Below are positions 53,666 to 64,000 of a DNA stretch of 64,000 bases, in pieces; the first letter of the stretch is position 1; the number at the start of each line of letters is the position of its first letter. The DNA lies in contig SYGQ01000010.1 in assembly GCA_005799475.1 (NCBI GenBank), positions 2,291 to 66,290 of the forward strand, written 5' to 3'. A program made the position numbers and the translations under genes. This stretch comes from Planctomycetia bacterium (lineage in GTDB: Bacteria; Planctomycetota; Phycisphaerae; Phycisphaerales; SM1A02). A model generated the notes under the pieces. The model did no database searches. It was given only the letters and a program-made list of their open reading frames with translations, and had not been told where the DNA came from.

Positions 53666-56263
53666 ATGAATCCATACAAGAACCTCGTTGCGAGCGCGGC
53701 GGCTGCATGGCTCGCCATGCCCGTCTTGCTTGATGGCGCAGCGATGGCGCAGGGCGACGCAGGGAGCGGGATCCCCCCCGCCGCCGAGCGTCAGTTCCGC
53801 AAGGATCGTCGTCCGGTGGACATGAGCGAGATGGTGCTGCTCAATGTCAAGGGCACCAAGGTGGAGGAGTTCTTCGGGTTCATCGTCGAGTGCACCGGCA
53901 AGGCCGTCATCCCGCGCTCGGACCAGCTTCGCAACGCGACCATCAATGTCCTGAGCGACAAGCCGGTCACGCGCCTGAAGGCACTCGAACTCATCTTCCA
54001 GGCGTTCCGGCTCAACGACATCGTCGTCGTGGAGACCGACGAGCTCATCATGATCGATGTCATGACGAACATGAACAAGCTCCTCCCCGGGCTCGTCCTT
54101 GGACCTTCGGTCGATGTCCTTGGCCTCGAAGAGACCGGGCAGATCTGCATCAAAGTGTTCCAGATCGAGAACACGAGGGCGCAGTCGATCTACGACCGCC
54201 TGATCACATCGAATCCCGACTACGCGAAGCTCGATGTCGATGTGAACTCGAACCAGATCATTCTCGAGGGCGATGTCGGACTCGCGAAGCGCTGCCAAGA
54301 GCTCATCGACATCCTTGATGTCGGGCCCTTCGCGGACACGCGCACTGAAACCTTCCGCATCCGGTACGCGGATGCGCAGGTCATTTCGGACTCCATCACC
54401 GCGATTTTCTCCGGCTCTTCGGCGTCAGGGACGGCGCGAACGGGCGCGGCCCGAGGCCAGCAGCGACCGGGCCAGAATGCGCCGCAAGCCGCGCAGCAGG
54501 GAACCGCTGAGGCGCCGCCGTTGGTGGTCACTGTGCTCCCGGCCACCAACTCGGTCACGGTGCGCACGACGCCCGACATGCTCAGGTCGATCGCGGATCT
54601 GATCGCCACAGCGTGGGACATCCCGCCCACCAAGGGCGGTGCGATCTTCAAGGCCTACGACCTCAAGTTCACCGACCCGCTGAAGGTGCGCGACCTCCTC
54701 CAGTCGCTCCTTGAGGCCGGGGGCGGCTCTGGCGGCGCTGGCCGCAGCCGTGGCGGGGCGACTCGGTTGGCGGGTGGTGGTGGTGGTGGTGGTGGCGAGT
54801 CGGGTGCCGATGTCGCGGTCGCCAACATTTTCAAGATCGAGGCCTATCCAGACTCGAACCGGCTCGTCATTCTGACGAAGACCCCAGACAACTTCGTGTG
54901 GCTCGACGCGCTCATGGCCGAAATCGACACGCCGCTCGAGGTGGGCATGCCGACCAATGTGCAGCTGAAGTATGCGAGCGCAGTGAGTGTGGCCGAGATC
55001 GTCAACGCGCTTCTTGCCGAGAGCGGATCCGGTTCCGGTATCACTGCGCCCGAGGAAGGCGTCGAAGACCCATCGTCAAGTTTCGATGCGCAGGGCGCCA
55101 CTGACTCATCCAACACAGGCGGCACAGGCTCGGGCTCGGGCGGCGGCGGGTCACAGGGCACGATCGAGTTCCCATGGCAGAACGCTCGCGGCGGCGCTGG
55201 CGGGGCAGAGACGACTGAAGTGAGCGCGGTCATCGGGAAGAGCCGAGTGGTTCCCAATGCGAATCAGAACTCGCTTCTCGTCCTGGCGACGCCGGAAATC
55301 GAAGCCGCGGTGCTCAGGCTTATCGACGAACTCGACCAGCCTGGCCGTCAGGTGATGATCTCGAGTGTCCTCGCTGAGGTGGAACTGGGGGACCAGTTCG
55401 CGATGGGCATCAAGTTCGGACCCTCGGGAACAGTGTCACCGGTCAATCCAAACAATGCCGTCGCCATCGACACCACCGTTGAGGGCACGAAGGATGGTCT
55501 TTTCCCCGAGCAATTCAATACCTTCACCTTTGCGTTCGGTCTCGACGCCACGGTCATCCTGCAGGCGCTGCAGCGAGACACAAGCGTCCGCATCCTGCAA
55601 CAGCCGCGCGTCTTCACGACGGACAACAAGGAAGCACAGTTCTTTGCCGGCGACGATGTCCCCTTCTTGACTGGCACGACGACAGGCGGCACGACCGGTG
55701 GCGGCACCTCGTCGAGTTTCAACCAGATTCCTGTCGGCATCGGCCTCAATGTGCGCCCGCGCATCACGAAGGAGCGAAATGTGGCGATGGAAATCAAGGT
55801 CCTCCTCTCCAATGTGAACACCGCCTCGCCGCTCAATGTCGGCGGATCCGGCAACCCAACCATCTCGCGGCGATCGACCAATACCAATGTGACGATCAAG
55901 AACAACCAGACGATCGTCATCAGCGGCGTTCGGGTCGAAAGCCAACAGAAGGAGAAGAATGGGTTCCCCATCCTTGGCAGCGTCCCGATCCTCGACCTCT
56001 TCTTCTCCAACCAGAGCGATGTGAAGGCCAGCAAGGAACTGTTGATCTTCATCACGCCAACTGTGGTCGACAATCCCGACGAGAACGACACGAACTTCAA
56101 CGCCGACGAGCGCGAGCGACTCGATGTGCTCTCGAAGCCGCTGAGCAAGGAGTCGGAGGATCTCGTCGAGAAGAATCGACTGCTGTTGCCGGAAAAACCC
56201 GGCGGCGAACCGGTCAATCCGCTCGCACCCATCGAGCCCAACATCACACCCAACGGCCGGTGA
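53666..56263 (+). CDS. gspD: Type II secretion secretin GspD
   Basis: Signal peptide, then N0/N1-like repeats (LNVKGTKVEEFFGFI...; IKVFQIENTRAQSI; FRIRYADAQVI; FKAYDLKFTDP; VQLKYASAVSV). The secretin core reads VLQALQRDTSVRILQQPRVFTTDNKEAQFFAGDDVPF...TNVTIKNNQTIVISG...PILGSVPILDLFF...ELLIFITPTVV. Gly-rich insertions are present. Confidence 0.9.
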   Translation: MNPYKNLVASAAAAWLAMPVLLDGAAMAQGDAGSGIPPAAERQFRKDRRPVDMSEMVLLNVKGTKVEEFFGFIVECTGKAVIPRSDQLRNATINVLSDKPVTRLKALELIFQAFRLNDIVVVETDELIMIDVMTNMNKLLPGLVLGPSVDVLGLEETGQICIKVFQIENTRAQSIYDRLITSNPDYAKLDVDVNSNQIILEGDVGLAKRCQELIDILDVGPFADTRTETFRIRYADAQVISDSITAIFSGSSASGTARTGAARGQQRPGQNAPQAAQQGTAEAPPLVVTVLPATNSVTVRTTPDMLRSIADLIATAWDIPPTKGGAIFKAYDLKFTDPLKVRDLLQSLLEAGGGSGGAGRSRGGATRLAGGGGGGGGESGADVAVANIFKIEAYPDSNRLVILTKTPDNFVWLDALMAEIDTPLEVGMPTNVQLKYASAVSVAEIVNALLAESGSGSGITAPEEGVEDPSSSFDAQGATDSSNTGGTGSGSGGGGSQGTIEFPWQNARGGAGGAETTEVSAVIGKSRVVPNANQNSLLVLATPEIEAAVLRLIDELDQPGRQVMISSVLAEVELGDQFAMGIKFGPSGTVSPVNPNNAVAIDTTVEGTKDGLFPEQFNTFTFAFGLDATVILQALQRDTSVRILQQPRVFTTDNKEAQFFAGDDVPFLTGTTTGGTTGGGTSSSFNQIPVGIGLNVRPRITKERNVAMEIKVLLSNVNTASPLNVGGSGNPTISRRSTNTNVTIKNNQTIVISGVRVESQQKEKNGFPILGSVPILDLFFSNQSDVKASKELLIFITPTVVDNPDENDTNFNADERERLDVLSKPLSKESEDLVEKNRLLLPEKPGGEPVNPLAPIEPNITPNGR

Positions 56264-57428
56264 TGATCGTCGCCCGCGCGACGGTGGCAGCGGCGCTGTT
56301 GGCACTCGCAGGATGCCAGCGACCCACGCCTGGGCCGCTCGTTGTCAGACTGCCCGAAGGGACGACCGCCGTTGCGCCAATCCCAGCGCAACCCGGAGTG
56401 AGCCAGGAAGCGGTCTTCTCACTCAAGCGCCTCGGAGAGGTGCCGTACGACGGATTCTCGCTGCCGCTCGTGTCGCCTGACGGTTCGATGGCTGCGATCC
56501 AGAGTGCGAACTCGGCCCAGTGGCCGATCCTCCTTGGGGAGGGCGCTGGCACCCCGCTTGCGAAGGTGACCATCGTGCCCCTCCACGCCAGTGGTCTTGC
56601 CCCGCTCACCGAGGCCGATGGAGCGTCGCTCCTGCTCGGGCGCTCGGTGGACGCTGCGGGATTCCTCGTGGAGGCGCCGCAAGCTGATGGGTCGAGGTGG
56701 ATTGGGAAGGTCGCGTGGACCGGTGGCGCTCCCGCGTGGCTCGTTCGGGACGACTTCATCAACGCCCATGCTTCAGCATCCTCGACGGGACTCCTCGCAT
56801 GGTCCCGTCGCGCGCGCGAAGGCACTGGCTTCTCGTTGGCGATCGCGCCCATTGTGGAGGGTTCGTGCGGTCCCGTCTGCATGGTGGAGTCTGTCCGTGG
56901 CGCGAGTTGGCATGCGCCGACATTCTCGGGGGATGGACGAACGCTCTACGCGCTACGACTCGACGACGGTGTGCTGGCCGCGTGCGCGTTTCCGGTTGTC
57001 GATGGACGGATTGAGACGCCGTCTGCCACGATGGAGTTGTCAGCGCGCGCGGATGCGCGCACGGCCTACCAGACGCTCACGGCGCTCCGGTGCGCTCGAA
57101 CCACGCGGGGAAGTCTCGCGCTGCATCATCCCAGGTTTGCGCGCATGGCGATTTGGGACGCGGATGAAAACTCCGTGGCGTTGGCGAGTCCGGGCAGCGT
57201 CGCCCTGGCGGATCTGCAGGACGGGCGCTTGCTCTGCACAAGTGCGACCCGGCTCGCGATCGAACCCTCGCCATCGCGATCCAAGGCGACCGAGGCGTCG
57301 GTCGCTCTCGCGCTTCTTGATGCGGTCTGGATTCCAGTCAGTCTGGCGCCTGATGGCACCGTGCTGATTGTCCACCCCATCGCAGGACACCTAGAATTCG
57401 CCGAGTTCCGGCTCGCGCGATCCACGCC

Positions 57429-57432
<4 letters not shown>
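56260..57432 (+). CDS. Lipoprotein with TolB/PD40-like beta-propeller repeats, translationally coupled to gspD
   Basis: The start overlaps the gspD stop (GTGATG). The lipobox is LLALAG|C. Repeated SPDGS/SGDGR/APDGT turns occur (VSPDGSMAAIQ, FSGDGRTLYAL, LAPDGTVLIV). Confidence 0.65.
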
Positions 57433-58031
<599 letters not shown>

Positions 58032-58082
58032 GGAAGCGCGGGGAGTATTCCCGCGGTCGCTTGCCTTGTCAACCCCTCCCAC

Positions 58083-61000
58083 TCAGGGCAATGGGACCGC
58101 CAGCGTGGACTGTGGGCCGCCCAGGAGCACCCATCCGTCGACGAGCTGTGCTCGGTCGAGTCGACCGTCGTGGAGGTCGACCTGAACCGGCGGCCCCATG
58201 ATCCGTCCCCCCTCGTCCCAGCCGAAGCGGTGGATGAGCGCGCTAGCGGCCTGGCGCCCGAGTCCGAACTCCCTCGCTTCCTCAAGCCCTTCCCCCTGCT
58301 CGATCGCGACAATAGCACACGCGGAAGGAAGGACATCCTCTATGCGCCGCGCGCCGTGAAGCGCCACCGAGCCCGACTCAGCCCCGTTGAGCCCAAAGAG
58401 ATCGATTCCGTTGTTCGTCCATGTGACGATCGTGCCGCCCATTCGAATCCATCGGCGGGTCGGGTCCGGAGCACGCCCCTGTCCCGTGGACACGAAGGCG
58501 TCTGGCAACGGAAGTCCGCTCAATGGGTTCAAGACACTTGTTCGCCCGGTGGCATCGCTGACGACGAGGTGCTGACCGAGCCGGTCGGCCGAGACCGTCG
58601 ACCTTGTGCTTGGCGCCATCACGAACCACTGGATCCCCGCGGACGAGCCCGTCAGTTGCCACCGCCCAACACCGCGCGTTGTCCCGAAGGCGACCGCCCC
58701 AGGTTCGACTGCGCGCACCCAGCGCAGCGGCTCGTCATTGGGAACCCGGACCTCCGCCATCACTGTGCCGGTGCGACGATCGAGCGCGACGAGCCACGAT
58801 GCCTGCTCGTCGTGCGAGGCACGAACACCACCGAGCAGGACGATGGTTTCGGAGGCATCGGCACAGTCGACCTGCTCGATCACGCGAGCGCGATTCCAGA
58901 GCCGCTCGCTGTCGCGCAGGGAGAACGAGGCGGTCCAGCCATCCGCGCGAACGCCGACGAGGTCCGTGGCCCCCGGGAAGAGCACGCATTCGCTCCGTGA
59001 GTAAGAGGGCTGCCGACCCGTCACGGCCATGGCGACATCGTCAAGCCGCCACAGCGCCTGCCCGTCAGCGTCGATGGCCGCGACATCGACGGTCTCACGA
59101 TCGGCCTGTTCCACCACCAGCGTGGCCGTTGGCGTGGCGGCGACGAACCTGACATCACCCAAGAGCGGCACTGTCCACCTCGGAGTGAGGTCGGGTGGAT
59201 CCAGTCTCGTCAGTGTCCGGTCGGCGATCAGGTAGGCATGCCGTCCCAAGGCGGGTCCCCCCGCGACTTCGCGCACGGGTGCGAGAATGCCGCGAAGGAG
59301 CCGCGCCGACGACGGCGCGGACTCCCCGAGACTGGCGCATCCGACTCGCGGGCGCGGCGTTCCCTGCACAAGTGCCATCGAGGGCGTGCGGGCGAGCACG
59401 GCCGAGAGGCGCTCCGAACCGAGTGATCGCAGCGACGGATCGAACCCAGACAAGATGCAGCGGTCAAGGAGTTGCGCCCGCGTCCACGGAAGTTGAGCCG
59501 CTTCGAGAAGCGGAAGCGTCGCGTCGAGGACCGTCGTGACCGATGCGGCATCCCCGAGGGCGATCGCACTCGCGATCGCGGCATCGACGCGGCCGGCGAA
59601 TTCTGCGAGAGTGCCCGCCGAGAGGGCGGCCTGTGCGGCGCCGATCCAGAGTCGCGCGGCATCGTGGGTCCCCGCCGCCATCGCGGCACCGACGACCGGA
59701 TCGGCTGAAGAGCCGGTCGCCTCGCGCTGCGGCATGATCACCGATCCGGGGTGTGCGCGCTCCATCGCAATGAGTCGATTGGTGGCCGCGTGGCCTCCAC
59801 TTTCGAGAAGCAGCCCAGTGCCGTCCAGTGTCGACATGGGCACCAGCGCGAGCGACGCCGGCTGCTCGGTCAGGAGTGCCTGCCACGCACGGGCCGCCGC
59901 GTGGTGCCGATCGCTCTGGGCCAGCCAGTCGCCCTGTGCGAGCAGCGCGATCGCTCGCTCCTCCGGGGAGACCCCCGCGGTCACGATCGCTTCGAAGAGG
60001 CTGTCGGAGGTGTTCCGCGAAAGGAGCGTTGAACGGGCCGCCTCGATGAGAAGGTCGGCGAGGCGTCCTCGGCGATCTTCGTCGTGCGACACCGCGAGCA
60101 GCGTCCCCGACGCGTCCGCGCAAGCCCTCGAAAGAAGATCCCCGTCACCGGAACGCAACGCGAACTCGATCAGGCCGACGACCGCGTCGGGGTCGTTGGG
60201 GCTCTTCCGCAGCGCTTCCACCAGAATCCGCTGCGCGCGATTGGCATCCATGAACGCTTCGACCGCGCCGCTCGTTGCGGCCGCAACGATCCCTTCGCTC
60301 GCGACAACATTCGACGGGCCGCGACAGGCGATTCGCATCGCGGTCGTGCCATCGTCGGCGTTCACAACGATGGCGTCACGAAGGAACGGCACGATGAGCG
60401 CAGGCCGGCCACTCGCGAGCCATCCCGACTGCACGCGACCGCGGATCCCTGCCGTGCCGGTCGCCGCGAGGATGGCCTCATTCTCGTCGGGCGCCACGGA
60501 GCTCTGGAGGGCAAGTCGCCAGAGTGGGGTGCGAAGATCGTTGACATCGAATGCGACGAGCCCATCGCCCACAGCAAAGATGCGTCCGCCGTCGCGGTCG
60601 GGCAAGAAGTAGCGCGGCTTTCCCCAGAGCGTTCCAGAGCCGGTCGGCATCGAGTCGAGTTCGCTGCCGGTGTGCGCATCGAGCAGTTGCACCGCGTCGC
60701 CCCCGGGAGAGAGTGTGACGAGACCGCGCGAACACATGCAGACGCCGCCGAGTTCCCACGGCAGGTTCTCCTGCGGCGTGTCGCGCACGGGCACTGGATC
60801 TCGACGCAACCACCGCACGCGCCCGTTGGCCGGATCAAGGCACAGCGTCGTTCCCGCGCCAGTGGCAACATAGGCCCAACCATCACTCACAACCGGAGTG
60901 GTGAACGGACGGGCGCCGCCAATGCGGATGCCCGGCGCGGCACCCGCGGGTGTCACGAAGCGGAGTTCGCCTGTTTCCAACGAAAGGCCGAAGACCGACG

Positions 61001-62261
61001 AGACGGTCTCTGTCCGCGCGGTGACCTTTCGCCCAAGGACGATCACCGTATCCGCAGCGACCGTCGGCGCGCCGTAGAAGAAGACGCCGGAAAGCTCGGA
61101 ATGTTCGCGAAGTCTCTCGGACCCAAACTCCCATAGTCGAACGCCACTCTCGAGATCGACGCACACGACGCGTCCGCCCCCACTGCGCTCGGTCGCGAGC
61201 GCATGCCCGGAGAGCGCAAGAACGCGGCCGGTGTGGACGGTGACCGCAAGGAGGTCCCCCGCCTGAGCGTCTGCCCTAGGCGAGTTCGGTGCCCCCATGA
61301 ACTGATACCAACGAGGCTGGTGCGAGTATGCGTCGAAGGCGCGGAGCACATAGCCCTCGTTGACAAGGACGGTCGAACCCGCGATCGTTGGAAGCGACAC
61401 CAGGAGCCGTCCTGACAGGAGGCCGCCCTCGAGGCCGCCAGCACCCATGCCGCCCTCGTCCACCGACGCACGCAGGCGTGAATAGAGCGAGTTGTCCAGC
61501 GGTTCGCTCCAGAGTCGCACGATGTCGGGCGGGAGTTCGCCAAGCGCCGCCGGGCGTAGCGGATCGGCGCTCGTTCCCCCGCGCGTCACGCGTGGCGCAC
61601 AGGCGTCGGTGAGTCTTGGCGCGAGCGCGACGAGCGTGGGATCAGCAGATGTTCGCAACGATGCAAGGACGCGATCGACTTCCGCGCGATTCCCGAGTCC
61701 CGCCGCCGCGAGAGCGCGCAGCGTGGCCACAAGTGCCGGATCGGCCGTCGAGACATCAGGATGCGTGGCGATGGAGTCGACGAGACGCTCGGCCGCGGCG
61801 AAGCGCACCTCATCGACACACCGTTGCGCCTGGCGCAGGCACGCGCGCAATCCGGCTGGCGTCAGGAAACGGCTCTCAATAATGAGATCGTCCTGGCCGA
61901 GCGCCTCCATGCGATCGGCTTCGCCCGCCTGTGTCGCTCGGTAGCGAGAAAGCACATCCGGGTGTGCCGAAAGAAACGCGAGCGTCCGAGTGCGTGCCTC
62001 AATGAAGCGATCCAACTCTCCTGGAACGCGGACGAGTTTGCTCCCGAACTCCACAAGCACGCGGTTGGCGAGGCGCGCCGACTCCCCGGGATTGTTCGCG
62101 GCCTGGTCCTCCGCCTGCGCCAGCAACTGCTCAGCGCTCGGAGAGTCGTCGACGGCGACGACGGCACGATCTTGCGCGAGCGCGGACAGCGTGAGCGAAA
62201 CCGTGCACCCTGCCGCGATCCACAGGACCTGAACGAACGCACTCTTCGCCACGCTTCGCAC
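58083..62261 (-). CDS. Giant secreted protein (1392 aa) with two BamB/PQQ-like beta-propeller regions separated by helical TPR-like regions
   Basis: GTG start. Signal-like N-terminus AFVQVLWIAAGCTVSLTLSALA. Repeated xxLxALDxxTGxxxW-type blades occur (VVCVDLESGVRLWEF, LCLDPANGRVRWLR, VQLLDAHTGSELD, VAFDVNDLRTPLWRL, AAIDADGQALWRL, LVALDRRTGTVMA). Ala/Leu-rich helical stretches lie between them. Confidence 0.85.
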   Translation of the reverse strand: MRSVAKSAFVQVLWIAAGCTVSLTLSALAQDRAVVAVDDSPSAEQLLAQAEDQAANNPGESARLANRVLVEFGSKLVRVPGELDRFIEARTRTLAFLSAHPDVLSRYRATQAGEADRMEALGQDDLIIESRFLTPAGLRACLRQAQRCVDEVRFAAAERLVDSIATHPDVSTADPALVATLRALAAAGLGNRAEVDRVLASLRTSADPTLVALAPRLTDACAPRVTRGGTSADPLRPAALGELPPDIVRLWSEPLDNSLYSRLRASVDEGGMGAGGLEGGLLSGRLLVSLPTIAGSTVLVNEGYVLRAFDAYSHQPRWYQFMGAPNSPRADAQAGDLLAVTVHTGRVLALSGHALATERSGGGRVVCVDLESGVRLWEFGSERLREHSELSGVFFYGAPTVAADTVIVLGRKVTARTETVSSVFGLSLETGELRFVTPAGAAPGIRIGGARPFTTPVVSDGWAYVATGAGTTLCLDPANGRVRWLRRDPVPVRDTPQENLPWELGGVCMCSRGLVTLSPGGDAVQLLDAHTGSELDSMPTGSGTLWGKPRYFLPDRDGGRIFAVGDGLVAFDVNDLRTPLWRLALQSSVAPDENEAILAATGTAGIRGRVQSGWLASGRPALIVPFLRDAIVVNADDGTTAMRIACRGPSNVVASEGIVAAATSGAVEAFMDANRAQRILVEALRKSPNDPDAVVGLIEFALRSGDGDLLSRACADASGTLLAVSHDEDRRGRLADLLIEAARSTLLSRNTSDSLFEAIVTAGVSPEERAIALLAQGDWLAQSDRHHAAARAWQALLTEQPASLALVPMSTLDGTGLLLESGGHAATNRLIAMERAHPGSVIMPQREATGSSADPVVGAAMAAGTHDAARLWIGAAQAALSAGTLAEFAGRVDAAIASAIALGDAASVTTVLDATLPLLEAAQLPWTRAQLLDRCILSGFDPSLRSLGSERLSAVLARTPSMALVQGTPRPRVGCASLGESAPSSARLLRGILAPVREVAGGPALGRHAYLIADRTLTRLDPPDLTPRWTVPLLGDVRFVAATPTATLVVEQADRETVDVAAIDADGQALWRLDDVAMAVTGRQPSYSRSECVLFPGATDLVGVRADGWTASFSLRDSERLWNRARVIEQVDCADASETIVLLGGVRASHDEQASWLVALDRRTGTVMAEVRVPNDEPLRWVRAVEPGAVAFGTTRGVGRWQLTGSSAGIQWFVMAPSTRSTVSADRLGQHLVVSDATGRTSVLNPLSGLPLPDAFVSTGQGRAPDPTRRWIRMGGTIVTWTNNGIDLFGLNGAESGSVALHGARRIEDVLPSACAIVAIEQGEGLEEAREFGLGRQAASALIHRFGWDEGGRIMGPPVQVDLHDGRLDRAQLVDGWVLLGGPQSTLAVPLP

Positions 62262-62299
62262 GACGCCCCATGCTATGGATTGGGGTATAGATTGCGCCC

Positions 62300-62761
62300 A
62301 TGATCCGCACGACGGCTGTCGCTCTCATCGCCCTTGTGGGATGCCAGAGCGATCCCGAGATTCGCGTGGAAGCGGTCGACCTCGTCGCCCGTGGCGAGCA
62401 CGCGGACGAGTACTCCATCCAGTTGGAGTTGTTCAACCCGTGGCCGCAGCCACTCGTTCTGGATCGTTGGCAGTACGAGTTCGCATCCGACGCTGGCGTC
62501 TGGAGCACCGAGTGGGTCGCGAGCCGCACGCTGCCCCCGCGGAGCTACACGATGGACTCGCTTCCCGTCGTTCTCCGCCACGAAGGATCGTCGGCACAGA
62601 TCAGTTCGTGGCGCGTCCATGGGACGCTTCGTTATCTCCTTCCCGGGCAACTTGCGGAAACGCTCTTCGATCTCGGTGTCAGTCGGCCGAGCGTCGACTT
62701 CGCTGGCTCGGGGGTGTCAACCCAGGCGGGTCCCGAAGCGAAGGCTGTGGAGAGCCGATAG
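62300..62761 (+). CDS. LEA_2 (WHy/LEA14-like) lipoprotein
   Basis: The lipobox is LIALVG|C. A ~110-aa beta-rich domain follows (IRVEAVDLV...YSIQLELFNPWPQPLVLDRWQYEF), resembling bacterial LEA type-2 lipoproteins. The assignment is from memory only. Confidence 0.6.
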   Translation: MIRTTAVALIALVGCQSDPEIRVEAVDLVARGEHADEYSIQLELFNPWPQPLVLDRWQYEFASDAGVWSTEWVASRTLPPRSYTMDSLPVVLRHEGSSAQISSWRVHGTLRYLLPGQLAETLFDLGVSRPSVDFAGSGVSTQAGPEAKAVESR

Positions 62762-64000
62762 CCGGAGGCGCCTCGCGGGGCATGCCCGATGCACGAGCAT
62801 GGGACTCGAGCGCCGCGTTCATGAGTCGCTGGTGAATCCCGAGACGCCGCGGATCATCCTCGGCGACGGCCTCATCGCTGACGCGCGTGTACGTGCCGTC
62901 GCCGTGCATGGCCCATGCTTGACGGACATCGGAGAGCGCGGTTTCGAGGATGGTCCAGAGCGTGCGTCGGTGTGACGCGGCGTCGATGGGCGCGGCCGCT
63001 TCGACGCGTGTCTGAAGATTCCGGTACATCCAGTCAGCGCTGCTGATGAAGAACTGGCCATCGGTCGGCTCCTCCTGACCGGCACCGAAGTAGAAGATGC
63101 GGCTGTGCTCGAGGAAACGGCCGATGATGGAGCGCACGCGAATCGTCGCCGAGAGTCCGGGGATGCCCGGTCGCAGACAACAGAATCCGCGCACGATGAG
63201 ATCGATCTCGACACCCGCTTGACTGGCTCGATAGAGCGCATCCATCACCCCGCGATCTTCGACTTGATTCATCTTGGCGATGATGCGGCCCCGGCCACCC
63301 TTGCGCTGGATCTCGGTCTCGCGCTCGATGAGTTCGATGAACCGACGCTTCATGGCCACCGGCGCGATGAGGAGTCTGTTGAACTCCGTTTGGCGAGAAC
63401 GGCCGGTCATGTAGTTAAAGAGGTCGACGAGGTCTTCGGTGATCAGCGGATCCGTGGTGAGGAGGCCAACATCGTCGTAGAGCCGCGCGGTCTTCGCGTT
63501 GTAGTTGCCGGTGCCGACATGGCCGTAGCACCGGATGCCGTCGATCTCCTGCCGGACGACGAGGGCGGTCTTCGTATGCGTCTTGAGACCGACCACCCCG
63601 TACGCCACATGGACCCCGGCGTTCTCGAGGCGACGCGCCCACTCGATGTTGCGAGCTTCGTCGAATCGGGCGCGCAGTTCCACGAGCACCGCCACTTGCT
63701 TGCCACTTTCAGCGGCACGAATGAGGCTTGCAATGAATGGACTGTCGCCCGAGGTTCTGTAGAGCGATTGCTTGATGCAGAGAACCCGCGGATCCTCGGC
63801 CGCGGTCTTGATGAACCGCTCAACCGAAAGTTCGAAGCTCTGGTACGGGTGGTGGACAAGGATGTCACCCTTGCGGATCGCCGCAAAGATGTCGGGGTTC
63901 TCCTGATCCGCCAACTCGGCTGGCGGCAGCGGCGTCCACCGCGGATACTTGAGCGCAGGCAGGTCCATGTCGGCGATCGCGTCCAGAAGTGTGTAGTCAA
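62679..64000 (-). CDS. ppk1: Polyphosphate kinase 1, 5'-truncated by the window edge
   Basis: HHPYQSFELSVERFI, LYRTSGDSPFIASLIRAAESGKQVAVLVELRARFDE, VGLKTHTKTALVVR, HVGTGNYN and IIGRFLEHSRIFYF. These include the two PLD-like HKD-type modules of PPK1. The frame stays open upstream of the ATG at 63968 to base 64000. Confidence 0.92.
   Translation of the reverse strand, partial: DYTLLDAIADMDLPALKYPRWTPLPPAELADQENPDIFAAIRKGDILVHHPYQSFELSVERFIKTAAEDPRVLCIKQSLYRTSGDSPFIASLIRAAESGKQVAVLVELRARFDEARNIEWARRLENAGVHVAYGVVGLKTHTKTALVVRQEIDGIRCYGHVGTGNYNAKTARLYDDVGLLTTDPLITEDLVDLFNYMTGRSRQTEFNRLLIAPVAMKRRFIELIERETEIQRKGGRGRIIAKMNQVEDRGVMDALYRASQAGVEIDLIVRGFCCLRPGIPGLSATIRVRSIIGRFLEHSRIFYFGAGQEEPTDGQFFISSADWMYRNLQTRVEAAAPIDAASHRRTLWTILETALSDVRQAWAMHGDGTYTRVSDEAVAEDDPRRLGIHQRLMNAALESHARASGMPREAPPAIGSPQPSLRDPPGLTPPSQRSRRSAD

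Noticed and set aside
54772-54795. A (GGT)n run inside gspD, considered as a possible repeat element.
   Set aside because: It is in-frame and encodes a poly-Gly stretch within a Gly-rich linker of the secretin. It is not an independent repeat feature.
63443-64000. 185-aa minus-strand ORF at the window end, in another frame of the ppk1 region.
   Set aside because: The PPK1 frame (62679..64000) carries the family motifs and remains open to the edge. The alternative frame is Arg/Ser/Thr-rich and is noise.

Overview
GC-rich bacterial chromosomal segment, densely packed with about 58 protein-coding genes. I saw no rRNA, tRNA, CRISPR array, transposase, integrase or prophage genes. All calls come from reading the ORF translations for recognisable motifs; no database search was run.

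The two prepilin-like proteins with an H-X9-DG motif (the DUF1559 type), the many Gly/Arg-rich low-complexity tails and an LPS gene set point to Planctomycetota, perhaps Phycisphaerae-like. That placement is inference.

Gene order:
- 1-4.4 kb: a 5'-truncated ORF, truA, a GT4 glycosyltransferase with a PIG-L deacetylase, dut, and a small zinc-ribbon membrane protein.
- 4.4-13.7 kb, minus strand: an 8-gene array of ECF sigma, putative anti-sigma, a secreted coiled-coil protein, and an Opp/Dpp-like ABC importer with three permease genes, one substrate-binding protein (SBP) and one ATPase.
- 13.7-15.5 kb: dnaB and an HU-like gene.
- 15.6-19.9 kb: an LPS operon (heptosyltransferase, maf, lpxK, hldE).
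- 19.9-24 kb: a tail-anchored Ser/Thr kinase, RidA, and two tandem DUF1559 prepilin-like genes.
- 24.1-27.4 kb: NfeD, NfeD and FloA.
- 27.4-31 kb: a YkgJ-like protein, rdgB and an acyl-CoA carboxyltransferase.
- 31.1-35.2 kb: rpsO-pnp, a cold-shock protein and an orphan histidine kinase.
- 35.2-38.1 kb: a bacterial topoisomerase VI operon (top6B-top6A).
- 38.2-41.7 kb: ndk, a sigma-70-family factor, an MFS transporter and a lone CoA-transferase A subunit.
- 41.8-57.4 kb: a tightly coupled 13-gene type II secretion-like cluster (periplasmic protein, gspE F G H I J K L M C D, lipoprotein).
- 57.4-62.3 kb: a hyper-acidic poly-Asp protein coupled to a 1392-aa protein with BamB/PQQ-like propeller repeats.
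- 62.3-64 kb: a LEA_2-like lipoprotein and a 5'-truncated ppk1.

I cannot point to one clear-cut new system. The best candidates for follow-up are:
- the poly-Asp protein and giant-protein pair;
- the ECF-sigma-linked ABC importer with greatly enlarged periplasmic loops;
- the T2SS cluster, with a C-terminal module shared by two components and flanking accessory genes;
- the bacterial Topo VI operon.
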